From positions 20,609 to 84,608 of the forward strand of contig JADYYY010000002.1 of the NCBI GenBank assembly GCA_020853395.1: a DNA stretch of 64,000 nt. The letters are read 5' to 3'. Shown here one piece after another: positions 40,286-48,899 of this stretch (position 1 is its first letter; every line of letters begins with the position of its first letter). Position numbers and translations under genes: made by a program. The notes under the pieces are model-generated. The model was given only the letters and a program-made list of their open reading frames with translations. It was not told the origin of the DNA and did no database searches. Source of the stretch: Acidobacteriota bacterium. Lineage in GTDB: Bacteria; Acidobacteriota; Vicinamibacteria; Vicinamibacterales; SCN-69-37.

Positions 40286-41250
40286 CGGACAGGCGGATGC
40301 CAGTGCTGGCGAAAGGCCGCGACGATCGCCGCCGCGGCGATGCGGTGTGCCACGGCGTTGGGGTGCGCGTCGAACTGCGTGATCTGGAGTGACGCCGGGT
40401 TCCTGACGGACGCGAACGCCGGCAGCAGGTCGAGGAACGGCACGCCCTCGGCCGCGAAGATCTTCTCCACACGGTCGTCGAGGAACCGGAACGGATACGC
40501 CGACGGATCGCGCGTCATGCTGTAGAACGCCGGGAACATCACGCCGCCCGCCGGCACGCCGGCGGCGCGCGCGCGTTCGAGGAAGCGCCGCAGCATCGCG
40601 GACGTCTCGACCGACTCCGCGGAGCTCGGATCGCGCAGATGTCGGATGACGAAGTCGGGATAGCCCTCGGTGACGCTGAGCTCGACCTGCAGCCGGTACC
40701 AGTCGTCGACCGCGAGGTGATAGAAGGCCGACGATTCTCGCAGCGTGTGGTCGAGCGATACCGGCAGCAGCGGGATCATCTGCGGGCGGTGGCGCTGCAT
40801 GCCCGACGTCTCGAAGTCGTTCTGGAAGAGCTGGAGCAGCACGAAATCCGGGTGGCAGCCCAGCGCCGTGTCCAGCGTGTCGACGTGTTCGGGCAGGTTG
40901 TTGCCGGACAGCCCGAAGTTGAGCACTTGGTACGCCGGACCGAGAAGCCGCTCCATCTCGTTCGTGAATCGGGCGTCTTGCTCGACGCCGACTCCCCATG
41001 TGAACGAGTCGCCGATCACGGCGATGCGGTACCGGCTGGGTTCGCTGTCGTCGAACTCCCGTTCACGGAAACCGCGACGGTTGACGTAGACGCGAGGCCG
41101 GGGCTCGAAGGCGCGGCCTCTCAGCACGAACCGGGCGGCGGCCTCGGCGGCCGCGAGCGCCAGCACGCAGCTGATGGCCGTCACGCCGACACGCGCCATC
41201 GTCCGGCCGAGGTCGAGCCGCCGTCGAGAGGAGGGAGAGGTCACGGGCAC
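40279..41250 (-). CDS. Membrane-anchored SGNH/GDSL hydrolase
   Basis: 323 aa (alternative start ATG 41199). N-terminal TM anchor, block I IAVIGDSFTWG, C-terminal DAHPN (block V-like). Confidence 0.78.
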   Translation of the reverse strand: MPVTSPSSRRRLDLGRTMARVGVTAISCVLALAAAEAAARFVLRGRAFEPRPRVYVNRRGFREREFDDSEPSRYRIAVIGDSFTWGVGVEQDARFTNEMERLLGPAYQVLNFGLSGNNLPEHVDTLDTALGCHPDFVLLQLFQNDFETSGMQRHRPQMIPLLPVSLDHTLRESSAFYHLAVDDWYRLQVELSVTEGYPDFVIRHLRDPSSAESVETSAMLRRFLERARAAGVPAGGVMFPAFYSMTRDPSAYPFRFLDDRVEKIFAAEGVPFLDLLPAFASVRNPASLQITQFDAHPNAVAHRIAAAAIVAAFRQHWHPPVRH

Positions 41251-41269
41251 GCGTCTCAGGCCCTCCGCA

Positions 41270-41782
41270 TCAGGACGTGCGTTTCAGGCCGGTCCGGCGC
41301 GTGGCCCGCAGCACGATGATGGTGCGCTCTTCGACGTGCACGGCGCGCGAGACACGAGTATCGCGAAGGATGCCCGCAACGGCCTCGAGCGCCTGTCGCT
41401 CTCCGGGCGGGACGCCCTTCTCCAGCGCATCCCGGATCGACAGCTCGAGTTGCGGCACGTTGCACGGCTGCTTGAGCGAGATCAGCGCGCGGCCGTTGCC
41501 GATCGGCACGAGCTCGACGCCCGGCAGGCGCTTCAGCGCGCGCACGGGGGTGACGACGATGACCGCGTGCCGGCCGTAGGCGGTGAGCTCGGCCGGCCCG
41601 CTCGCGCGGCGCGTGCGCGCCCGGCGTGGAGCCCGCTCGGCGACGTGCACGATCGCTCTGGCCAGGTCGGCGTCGATCGACGCCAGGTTCTGCAGAACGT
41701 CTTCGGGCAGCCGGATGGTGATGGCGCGAGCGGGCCGCCCGAACTTCTTCGGGCGGCCGGGACGGGCTTTGACGAGCGTCAT
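41270..41782 (-). CDS. Putative DNA-binding protein (AT-hook-like + ribbon-helix-helix-like N-terminus), unknown C-terminal domain
   Basis: 170 aa from ATG 41782. N-terminus MTLVKARPGRPKKFGRPARAITIRLPEDVLQNLASI. Divergent from the B1 operon. Longer starts (41806, 41854) are possible. Confidence 0.55.
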   Translation of the reverse strand: MTLVKARPGRPKKFGRPARAITIRLPEDVLQNLASIDADLARAIVHVAERAPRRARTRRASGPAELTAYGRHAVIVVTPVRALKRLPGVELVPIGNGRALISLKQPCNVPQLELSIRDALEKGVPPGERQALEAVAGILRDTRVSRAVHVEERTIIVLRATRRTGLKRTS

Positions 41783-41946
41783 CGATTGCCTCGGGACGGG
41801 CGCCATTCTACCCCATCGACTTCCACCGGTCAGGTTTTTGCCGAGAAAATCCATCTGACGGCTAATTATGTTTGTGAAATGAGGTGCACCCTGGATACAA
41901 TCGCCGCCGGCCGCGCGGTCGTGGTCCCGCCGGTGCACCGTGCCGA
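41783..41946. promoter_or_regulatory. Divergent promoter/operator region between the regulator and the lipoprotein operon
   Basis: Locally AT-rich (GCTAATTATGTTTGTGAAATGAGG). Imperfect palindrome GTCAGGTTTTTGCCGAGAAAATCCATCTGAC (41829-41859). Two copies of the 8-bp palindrome GGTGCACC (41883-90, 41932-39). Confidence 0.5.
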
Positions 41947-43089
41947 ATGAGACGATTCATTGCCCCGCATCTCCTCGTGCTGAGCGCCGCCGGATTCCTG
42001 GTGGCCTGTCAGAGCAAGACGACCGAACCGTCGCGCACCGTTGTCGTTGGAGACACCGGCGGCGTGTCCGCGGCGCTGACGGCGCCGGCGCCCGACTCGC
42101 CCGCCGATCGGACGCAGCTCTCGACGTTGCGTCCCACGCTCACGGTGCGCAACGGCACCTCCACGCAGGCTGGCGCACGCGTCTACGAGTTCCAAGTCTC
42201 GGATCAGGCGTCGTTCGCCAGCATCGCGCCCGCGTCGCGCTACTTCGCCGTCGTCGCCAATGCGACGGACGTGGCGGAGGGCACCAACGGCAGCACGAGC
42301 TTCACGCCCGCGCAGGATCTGCAGCCGACGACCAGGTTCTACTGGCGGGCGCGGGTGCGGCAGGGCACGGCCGTCTCCCAATGGTCGGAGACGCGGACCT
42401 TCAACAGCAAGCTCGTCGGGTACAACCGGCCGGGCGAGCTCTACGACCCGCTGATTCACGGCGAGACGGTCGGCGAGCGCATCGGCGCGACCACGTTCGT
42501 GGCCGGCAAAGGCCTGCGGATCGAGAACCAGCAGAGCTACGTCCGGTATGCCCTGCCGCAGACGATCGCCGCCGGCGAGTTCTCGGTCGAGATCGAAGGC
42601 CTGCGGCCGAACGGTCCGGGCGGGAAGCTGAAGCTGTTCTCGATGTTCAACGGGACGGGCGACCTGCTCGCGAGCAAGTACCTCATGAACGTCCAGTACC
42701 GCGGCGTTCCGGGCAACCCCGACAACGCGATCTCCTTCAAGACCCTCTTCGGCGACGAGGACTACAAGCTCGAGCCGGACTTCGGCACGCGCGCCGCGAA
42801 CGTCCTGATCGCCGATCCGGCCACCGCGTACTACTGGAAGGCAACGTGGAGCAACGAGTTCAGGCTCACCGTCCAGCGGGGCGGCCCGACTGGGTCCACC
42901 TTCTACAACGTCGGCGTCGTCTCGCCGGGCGGCAGCTACGGTCCGAGCCCGCACTACGCCTACCTCGGCGCGACTGACGGCAACTACGGCGTCGAGGACG
43001 GCTCCTGGCCTGGCGCCATCTATCGCAACGTCTGGATTGGTAATCGTCCGCGGCCCGAATCGCTCGGGAGCGCGCTCCTCTTCCCATGA
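41947..43089 (+). CDS. Lipoprotein B1: FN3-like module + LamG/ConA-like jelly-roll domain, function unknown
   Basis: 380 aa from ATG 41947. Lipobox FLVAC|Q. Module ends RFYWRARVRQGTAVSQWSETRTFNS. Jelly-roll part GELYDPLIHGETVGE...AAGEFSVEIEGL...KLFSM...AIYRNVWIG. Confidence 0.82.
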   Translation: MRRFIAPHLLVLSAAGFLVACQSKTTEPSRTVVVGDTGGVSAALTAPAPDSPADRTQLSTLRPTLTVRNGTSTQAGARVYEFQVSDQASFASIAPASRYFAVVANATDVAEGTNGSTSFTPAQDLQPTTRFYWRARVRQGTAVSQWSETRTFNSKLVGYNRPGELYDPLIHGETVGERIGATTFVAGKGLRIENQQSYVRYALPQTIAAGEFSVEIEGLRPNGPGGKLKLFSMFNGTGDLLASKYLMNVQYRGVPGNPDNAISFKTLFGDEDYKLEPDFGTRAANVLIADPATAYYWKATWSNEFRLTVQRGGPTGSTFYNVGVVSPGGSYGPSPHYAYLGATDGNYGVEDGSWPGAIYRNVWIGNRPRPESLGSALLFP

Positions 43090-43820
43090 CACATCGGCGG
43101 TCGGTGCGATGCTGGTGCGCCGGTGCGATCGCGCTGGCAGGGCTGACCGTGGCCGCGCGTCCGGTCACGGCGCAGGACGAGCCGCGCGCCCGTGCGTTCG
43201 TCAACGTCGATGTCGGCGCGGCGTTGACCGCGAAGGCCGACGACACACGGTTCGTGTTTCCGCTCTACGGCGAAGACGCCAGCGTCGGGCTCGCGCGGAA
43301 GATCGGCCGCGGCGGCGTGTGGGATCTCACGGGCGGCGTGACGCTGACGCAGCAGTTCGGCGTCGCCGTCCATTACCGCCGGCTCTCGAGTTCGGCCGCC
43401 GGCGCACTCGACGCCTCGCTCCCCGACCCGGCGTTCTTCGACACGGCCCACAGCGTCACCGGCGCCGTCGAATCGCTCGTGCACGAGGAGACCTGGTTCG
43501 CCGGGCTGCTCGCCTTCCGCGTCCTGACGAGGCCCGGGCTCGACGTCACCGTGCTCGGGGGTCCTGCCGTGGTGCGCGTGACCCACGAAGTCGCGGCGGA
43601 CGTCACGGCGCCGACGATCGCCAGCGTCGCGTTGACGCTCGAGAAACGGACTCGCGACTTGATGGGGGGCCAAATCGGCCTGGACGTCCGTCGGATGCTC
43701 GGCCGGCGAATCGGCATCGGCGGGTTCGTGCGCTACAGCGCCGCGAAGGGCCATCTCGGCGCGTACCGTGCGGACCTCGGTGGCGTCCAGGTCGGCGGCG
43801 GTGCCCGGCTGCGGTTCTGA
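43086..43820 (+). CDS. Small outer-membrane beta-barrel protein (barrel B)
   Basis: 244 aa. ATGA overlap with B1. Signal ...AARPVTAQ|D and C-terminus GGVQVGGGARLRF. Paralog of 31577..32314. Confidence 0.82.
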   Translation: MTHRRSVRCWCAGAIALAGLTVAARPVTAQDEPRARAFVNVDVGAALTAKADDTRFVFPLYGEDASVGLARKIGRGGVWDLTGGVTLTQQFGVAVHYRRLSSSAAGALDASLPDPAFFDTAHSVTGAVESLVHEETWFAGLLAFRVLTRPGLDVTVLGGPAVVRVTHEVAADVTAPTIASVALTLEKRTRDLMGGQIGLDVRRMLGRRIGIGGFVRYSAAKGHLGAYRADLGGVQVGGGARLRF

Positions 43821-43844
43821 CGGCCGGCGACCAAGAGACCGCTC

Positions 43845-44897
43845 ATGACGAGAAACGGATTCCTCCTCGCCAGCGCGATGGCCGCGCTGATCCTTGCGGC
43901 CTGCGACAGCGGCAGTAGTCTCACCTCGCCGTCCGGAACGGGCGGTGATGCCGCGGCCGCGGCAGACGGTTCCACGCTGAAGATCGCGGCCCCTACCCTC
44001 ATCTCACCCATCAACGGCGCACAGGCCGCCGGGCCGTCGATCGTGCTCACGGTCAGCAACGTGTCCGGCACCTACACGACGTTTCCCGTCACCTACGAGG
44101 TCGAAGTACGCGATCCGGCTGGGACGATCGTGGCGCACCCGACGTTCCCGAAAGGCAACGCCGGCTCGAGTTCGTATGCGTTGACGACGCCGCTCGCCTT
44201 CGACACGACGCACACCTGGCGCGCTCGCGCGACCTACTCGGGGCGCGTCGGGCCGTGGTCGTCGACCGGCGCGTTCAGGACGGGCCAGGCGGCGTTTCTT
44301 TCTGGATCGTCCGTCCTGGATCCGCTCACCACCGGCCGCACGGTCGGCAAGCAGCGCGGCGGGCACTTCGTCGCCGGCCAGGGCTGGCAGGCCGACACGC
44401 GCAGCGACGGCATCGACTACGACATCGCGACATGCGCCAGTTGTCGGCTCGAGTTCGACGTCACGAACGTCGGCAACGGTCTCGGCAACGGCGCCGATCT
44501 GAAGTTCATCTCGATGGGCGACGCGGCGATGTTCGGCGACTTCAACTCGTTCCGCGACCATCCGTGGAAGATGCACCTCGAGCAGCGCGGTGACGGCGAC
44601 GGCAAGGGGATGAAGCTGATCTGGCGCAACGGCGCCGTCGGCGACGGCGATCCGGGCGACCACCTCGGACAGGTGCCCTCGAATGGCCCCGCCTGGAGCG
44701 CGTCGCGCGTGTTCCATTTCGTGATCCAGTGGGGTCGCACGAGCTACACCGTATCGGTCGACGGGCAGGTCTGGTTCTCGGGCTCGTTCGCCGCGCCGTA
44801 TGCGCCGCCCAATCATCGCATCTCGCTGGGCACCTACCCGCGTTCCGAAACGCTGGCCGGAGCGATCTGGCGCAATGTGACGGTGACGCCGCAGTAG
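43845..44897 (+). CDS. Lipoprotein B2: FN3-like module + jelly-roll domain (paralog of A2)
   Basis: 350 aa. Lipobox LILAAC|D. Motifs HTWRARATYSGRVGPWSSTGAFRT, DGIDYDIATCASCRLEFDV, FRDHPWKMH, GDGDPGDH, AIWRNV. Confidence 0.82.
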   Translation: MTRNGFLLASAMAALILAACDSGSSLTSPSGTGGDAAAAADGSTLKIAAPTLISPINGAQAAGPSIVLTVSNVSGTYTTFPVTYEVEVRDPAGTIVAHPTFPKGNAGSSSYALTTPLAFDTTHTWRARATYSGRVGPWSSTGAFRTGQAAFLSGSSVLDPLTTGRTVGKQRGGHFVAGQGWQADTRSDGIDYDIATCASCRLEFDVTNVGNGLGNGADLKFISMGDAAMFGDFNSFRDHPWKMHLEQRGDGDGKGMKLIWRNGAVGDGDPGDHLGQVPSNGPAWSASRVFHFVIQWGRTSYTVSVDGQVWFSGSFAAPYAPPNHRISLGTYPRSETLAGAIWRNVTVTPQ

Positions 44898-45236
44898 GCT
44901 GATTCGCTCGCGGGGCGGCCTCTGTACGGGTCTGTCGGGCCAGGCCGACCGCGGCTGCCAGCCTGCAAGCACCTGTCGTCGCTCGTGCCGTACCCTGATA
45001 AGCTGAGTCGGCGCGACCTCGACGCCCTGTCGGGTGGCAGGCGTTCAGGTCTCTTGCGGGATCCGATGCGCGATCCAGCCTGACGAGCGATTCGGTTCGT
45101 CCGGCATTTCGTTCGGCAGCGACAGGGGTCACGGCGGGACACGTCGCTGCAGGCGCGGACGGACCCTGGAAACGGCGGCGGCGCGCGGGCGTGGACGCGC
45201 CCTCGCGGTCGGCTCCGGCGCAAGACGATTAGCAGC

Positions 45237-46331
45237 ATGCACACCAATCAGATCGGCCTTGGCGCGTCGGTGCTCGGCGCGAACGTGCGCTCCCCGCGTC
45301 TGCCCTACAAGGTGACGTTCGTCGCCACCTACCAGTGCAACTTCCGCTGCGTGATGTGCAACATCTGGCAGAAGAAGAGCACGAACGAGATGACGCCGGC
45401 CGAGGTGGAGCAGTTCTTCAGCCGCTGGCCGCAGTTCCGTTGGGTGCATCTGACCGGCGGCGAGCTCTTCATGCGGCGCGATCTCGACGACCTCATCGCG
45501 GCCATCCAGCGGAGCTGCCGGTCGCTCTTCCTGCTGAACTTCCCCACGACCGGTTGGTTCGGCGACAAGACCGTCTCGCTCGTCGAGAAGACGCTCGAGC
45601 GCGGCGTCGGACGCCTCATGACGACCGTCAGCCTCGACGGCCCGAAAGCGCTGCACGAGTCGCTGCGGGGCCTGCCGGGCAGTTGGGATCGCGCGATCGA
45701 GACGTTCCGCCGTCTGCGCGGCATCAGGAGATCGAACTTCCAGACCGTCATCGGCATGACCCTGATGGAGCAGAACGCCGACAAGGTGGACGAGACCGTC
45801 GCGGCGGTCCGGCAAGTCATCCCCGATTTCCAGCAGAGCGAGCTGCACCTGAACATCGGGCACGAGTCCGGCCACTACTTCGCGAATCTCGGGAAGGGTG
45901 GCGTGTCGGGGCACCATGCGGCGATTCTGCGCGCCGTGGAGGCGCACCGGCGGAAGACCGGGTCGCCGTTGCACCCGGTCAAGTTCCTCGAGGACCGCTA
46001 CCAGGCGCTCATCCGCAAGTACTACGAGACCGGCCGGTCGCCCCTGCCCTGCACTGCCCTCTCGTCGTCCTGCTTCATCGACACGTACTGGGACATGTAC
46101 GCGTGCTCGATCTGGGACGAGAAGGTGGGCAACCTGCGCGAGAACGGCTTCGATCTCCGAGCGCTCTGGGATGGTGCGCGCCGGAAGGAACTGCGGGAGG
46201 ACGTCGTCAACGAGCGCTGCTCCCATTGCTGGACGCCGTGTGAGGCCTACCCCACGATTCTCGGCAACCTCGGCCGGGCGGTGTTCAGCCGGACGTCGGC
46301 CGAGAAGACCGCGTTGCCGGCGACGAGCTGA
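45237..46331 (+). CDS. Radical SAM enzyme with Cys-rich (twitch/SPASM-like) C-terminus, paralog 2
   Basis: 364 aa. Cluster motif CNFRCVMC followed by NIW, and TGGE SAM motif. C-terminal cysteines CTALSSSC..ACS..CSHCWTPCE. Confidence 0.85.
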   Translation: MHTNQIGLGASVLGANVRSPRLPYKVTFVATYQCNFRCVMCNIWQKKSTNEMTPAEVEQFFSRWPQFRWVHLTGGELFMRRDLDDLIAAIQRSCRSLFLLNFPTTGWFGDKTVSLVEKTLERGVGRLMTTVSLDGPKALHESLRGLPGSWDRAIETFRRLRGIRRSNFQTVIGMTLMEQNADKVDETVAAVRQVIPDFQQSELHLNIGHESGHYFANLGKGGVSGHHAAILRAVEAHRRKTGSPLHPVKFLEDRYQALIRKYYETGRSPLPCTALSSSCFIDTYWDMYACSIWDEKVGNLRENGFDLRALWDGARRKELREDVVNERCSHCWTPCEAYPTILGNLGRAVFSRTSAEKTALPATS

Positions 46332-46361
46332 CCGCCGGTCCGATCGGTTCGCTGTACACTC

Positions 46362-47045
46362 TTGCGGATGTCCGCGGCCACGGTCACCGTCGTCATCCCG
46401 ACGCGCAACGAAGAAGGGATGATCGCCGAGATCATCGACGGCGTCCGGCCCTACGCGGACGAGGTGCTCGTCGTGGACGGCCACTCGACCGACCGCACGG
46501 CCGAGATCGCGCGATCGAAGGGCTCCCGCGTCGTCCTCGACAACAAGAAGGGCAAAGGCGAGGCGCTGCGCCTCTCGCTCAAGGAAGCCAAGAGCGACAT
46601 CGTCGTCTTCATCGACGCCGACGGTTCGCACGACGCGCGCGACATCCCGGCCATGGTGGCGCCGATTCGCGCCGGCACGGCGGACCTCGTCATCGGCTCG
46701 CGCGGCCGCGGCGGCAGCGACGAGCTGCACGGCACGGTCGACCAGTTCATCCGGTACATCGGATCGCAATTGATCATGCTGGCGATCAACTACCGCTGGC
46801 ACGTGCGGCTCACCGACAGCCAGAACGGCTTTCGAGCCATCCGGCGCGACGTCGGCTTGAAACTCGGGCTCACGTCGAACCTGACGACCATCGAGCAGGA
46901 AATGCTCATGAAAGCGCTGAAACAGGGCTATCGGGTCGACGAGATTCCCAGCCACGAGTACGAGCGCAAGTGGGGCGAGTCGAAGGTCGTCGTCTGGAAG
47001 CTGTGGTTCGCCTACGTCTGGTCGTTCCTTCGCAACCTCGTCTGA
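46362..47045 (+). CDS. Soluble GT2 glycosyltransferase, polyprenyl-phosphate sugar synthase-like (Dpm1/Ppm1-type)
   Basis: 227 aa. Motifs VVIPTRNEEGMI, VLVVDGHSTDRT and FIDADGSHD (DxD). Confidence 0.8.
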   Translation: MRMSAATVTVVIPTRNEEGMIAEIIDGVRPYADEVLVVDGHSTDRTAEIARSKGSRVVLDNKKGKGEALRLSLKEAKSDIVVFIDADGSHDARDIPAMVAPIRAGTADLVIGSRGRGGSDELHGTVDQFIRYIGSQLIMLAINYRWHVRLTDSQNGFRAIRRDVGLKLGLTSNLTTIEQEMLMKALKQGYRVDEIPSHEYERKWGESKVVVWKLWFAYVWSFLRNLV

Positions 47046-47049
47046 GGCC

Positions 47050-48783
47050 ATGGAGAGAGGCGCTCGCACCGGGCTGACCCGCGGCCGCGCGCTGCTCCTG
47101 CTGTCGCTCGTCACGCTCGCCGGCGGCGTGCTGCGCTTCGTCGGGATCGGCTGGGGCGCGCCGTACTTCCACTTCCACATGGACGAGCACTACGTGTTCA
47201 TGGGGGCCGACCTGCTCCGCAAGAGCATGCGCGACGCCGCCATGAGCGGCAAGTTCTTCATGTACGGCCCGCTGGCCATGTACGGCCTGAACGTCGTGCG
47301 CAGCGTGTACGAGAGCGTCAGCCACGAGCTGGTGCTGACGGTGTTCGACGATCAGGTCACCTACATGCGGATGGGACGCGCCATCTCGGCGGCGTTCAGC
47401 ACGGCGACGATCGTGCTGGTGTACGCGATCGCCGCGCGCGTCGCCGGCCGGCTCGCCGGCCTGCTGTCGGCGGCGTGCCTGGCCGTCACGGTGCTGCACG
47501 TTCGCGACGCGCACTTCTTCTCCGTGGACATGACGCTGACGTTCTTCTGCGTCCTGACGTGGCTGTGCGCCCTTCGGATGGCCGAGCGCGGCACGGCGCT
47601 CTGGAGCGTGCTCACGGGCAGCGCGTTCGCGCTCGCGCTCACGGCGAAGTACTCGGCCGCCTTTCTCGCGATCCCGATCGCGCTGGCCCACCTGCTCTCG
47701 CCCGCCCGGCCGTCAGCGCTGCGCGCCTGGGCGTCATGGCGCCGATGGGTGCTCCTCGGCGCCCTCATGGTGGCCGTCACCATCGCGACGTTTCTCGTCG
47801 TCGATCCGATGGTCGTCGCCTACTACGACAAGTTCCGCGAGGACGTGCGCCAGCAGATCACCGATCCGCTCACGGGCACGACGCGGCCGATGTACATGGC
47901 GCACTTCTCGGACCTGACGCACCCGCGCGTCTTCTGGTTCACGAACCTGCTCTGGTGGGGCATGGGGCCGGCGCTCGAGATCTGGGCGCTGGCCGGCGTG
48001 ATCTGGCTGCTCGTGCGCCGCAACAAGGCGGCGCTCGTCTCAGCGGTCGTGCCGCTCGCCTACTTCACGGTGGCGGGCAACTCGGTGGCGCCGTTCATCC
48101 GCTACGCGATTCCGATGGCCACGGCGCTCTCGGTGGCCGCCGGCGTGCTCAGCGCCGATCTCATCGCGCGCCGGCGATGGCGCCCGCTGGCCATCGCCGC
48201 CACGGCCGCCGTCATCGGCACGAGCGCGCTCTGGGCCGTCGCCTACACCCACATCTTCCGGACACCCGACACGCGGCTCGTGGCATCCCGCTGGATCATG
48301 CGGAACATCCCGCGCGGCGCCCCGGTCCTCGTCGAGCCGTCGCACAACATCCCTCCGACCGGTTCGCATCTGACGAACGTCGATTTCTACGGCAACTACG
48401 TCCTCTTCTATCCGGAGACCGAGCGCCGCGATCACTTCCGGCTCATCGCGCTCGATACGTACCGGAGCCTGTACAACCGCGGCCCGACGGACGAGTGGCG
48501 GCGCGAGTACATCGCCTCGCGCCTGCAGCTCGCCGACTGGATCGTCATGGACGACACGTACGTGCAGTGGTTCACGCATCTGCCCGCACCGGAGTACGCC
48601 GTGATGAAGCAGTACTACCGCGATCTGTTCGGCGGCCGGCTCGGCTTCGAGCTCGTGCGGACGTTCAAGACCCATCCGTCGCTCTTCGGCTACGAGATCG
48701 ACGACGATGCGTCGGAGTTCTCGTTCCGGTTGTTCGACCATCCGCGGATCTGGGTGTTCAAGCGGACCGGGGACGCCAGATGA
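47050..48783 (+). CDS. GT-C family membrane glycosyltransferase (PMT_2 / DUF2298-like)
   Basis: 577 aa. First loop FHFHMDEHYVFMGA, about 11 TM helices, and C-terminal soluble domain ending EFSFRLFDHPRIWVFKR. Confidence 0.72.
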   Translation: MERGARTGLTRGRALLLLSLVTLAGGVLRFVGIGWGAPYFHFHMDEHYVFMGADLLRKSMRDAAMSGKFFMYGPLAMYGLNVVRSVYESVSHELVLTVFDDQVTYMRMGRAISAAFSTATIVLVYAIAARVAGRLAGLLSAACLAVTVLHVRDAHFFSVDMTLTFFCVLTWLCALRMAERGTALWSVLTGSAFALALTAKYSAAFLAIPIALAHLLSPARPSALRAWASWRRWVLLGALMVAVTIATFLVVDPMVVAYYDKFREDVRQQITDPLTGTTRPMYMAHFSDLTHPRVFWFTNLLWWGMGPALEIWALAGVIWLLVRRNKAALVSAVVPLAYFTVAGNSVAPFIRYAIPMATALSVAAGVLSADLIARRRWRPLAIAATAAVIGTSALWAVAYTHIFRTPDTRLVASRWIMRNIPRGAPVLVEPSHNIPPTGSHLTNVDFYGNYVLFYPETERRDHFRLIALDTYRSLYNRGPTDEWRREYIASRLQLADWIVMDDTYVQWFTHLPAPEYAVMKQYYRDLFGGRLGFELVRTFKTHPSLFGYEIDDDASEFSFRLFDHPRIWVFKRTGDAR

Positions 48784-48899
48784 CGTGCGCGTTCGGCGCG
48801 CCGCGTGCGTGCTCGACGGACGCCGGATGAGGCGGCCCTGCCGTCGACCAGCCGCGGCCGTTTGCCGGTCGACGTCTTTTTCGCCACAATAGCTCTCCT

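Noticed and set aside
41827-41842. A sigma-54-like motif, CGGTCAGGTTTTTGCC, upstream of B1.
   Set aside because: GG and GC have the right spacing, but the -24 element (CGGTCA) is poor. Matches at this level are expected by chance in this window.
44898-45236. A RiPP cluster, meaning a small precursor-peptide gene upstream of the Cys-rich radical SAM enzymes (the same check was made at 38095-38168).
   Set aside because: There is no plausible short ORF with a start codon and ribosome-binding site in either upstream gap. The neighbours are glycosyltransferases and membrane proteins rather than proteases, transporters or RiPP recognition proteins.
45129-47180. A 683-aa minus-strand ORF covering the radical SAM 2 and GT2 region.
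   Set aside because: The opposite strand carries CX3CX2C, GGE and DxD motifs in compact, coupled genes. The minus-strand product has no motif and shows typical shadow-ORF composition.
34891-48783. Hopanoid side-chain genes, since the set SDR epimerase, UPF0104, radical SAM and GT2 resembles HpnA, HpnL, HpnH/J and HpnI.
   Set aside because: No squalene-hopene cyclase or squalene synthesis genes are present. The radical SAM proteins lack a B12-binding domain and do not show the HpnH-like N-terminus I recall. GT-C proteins and lipoproteins dominate the context. This remains only a remote analogy.
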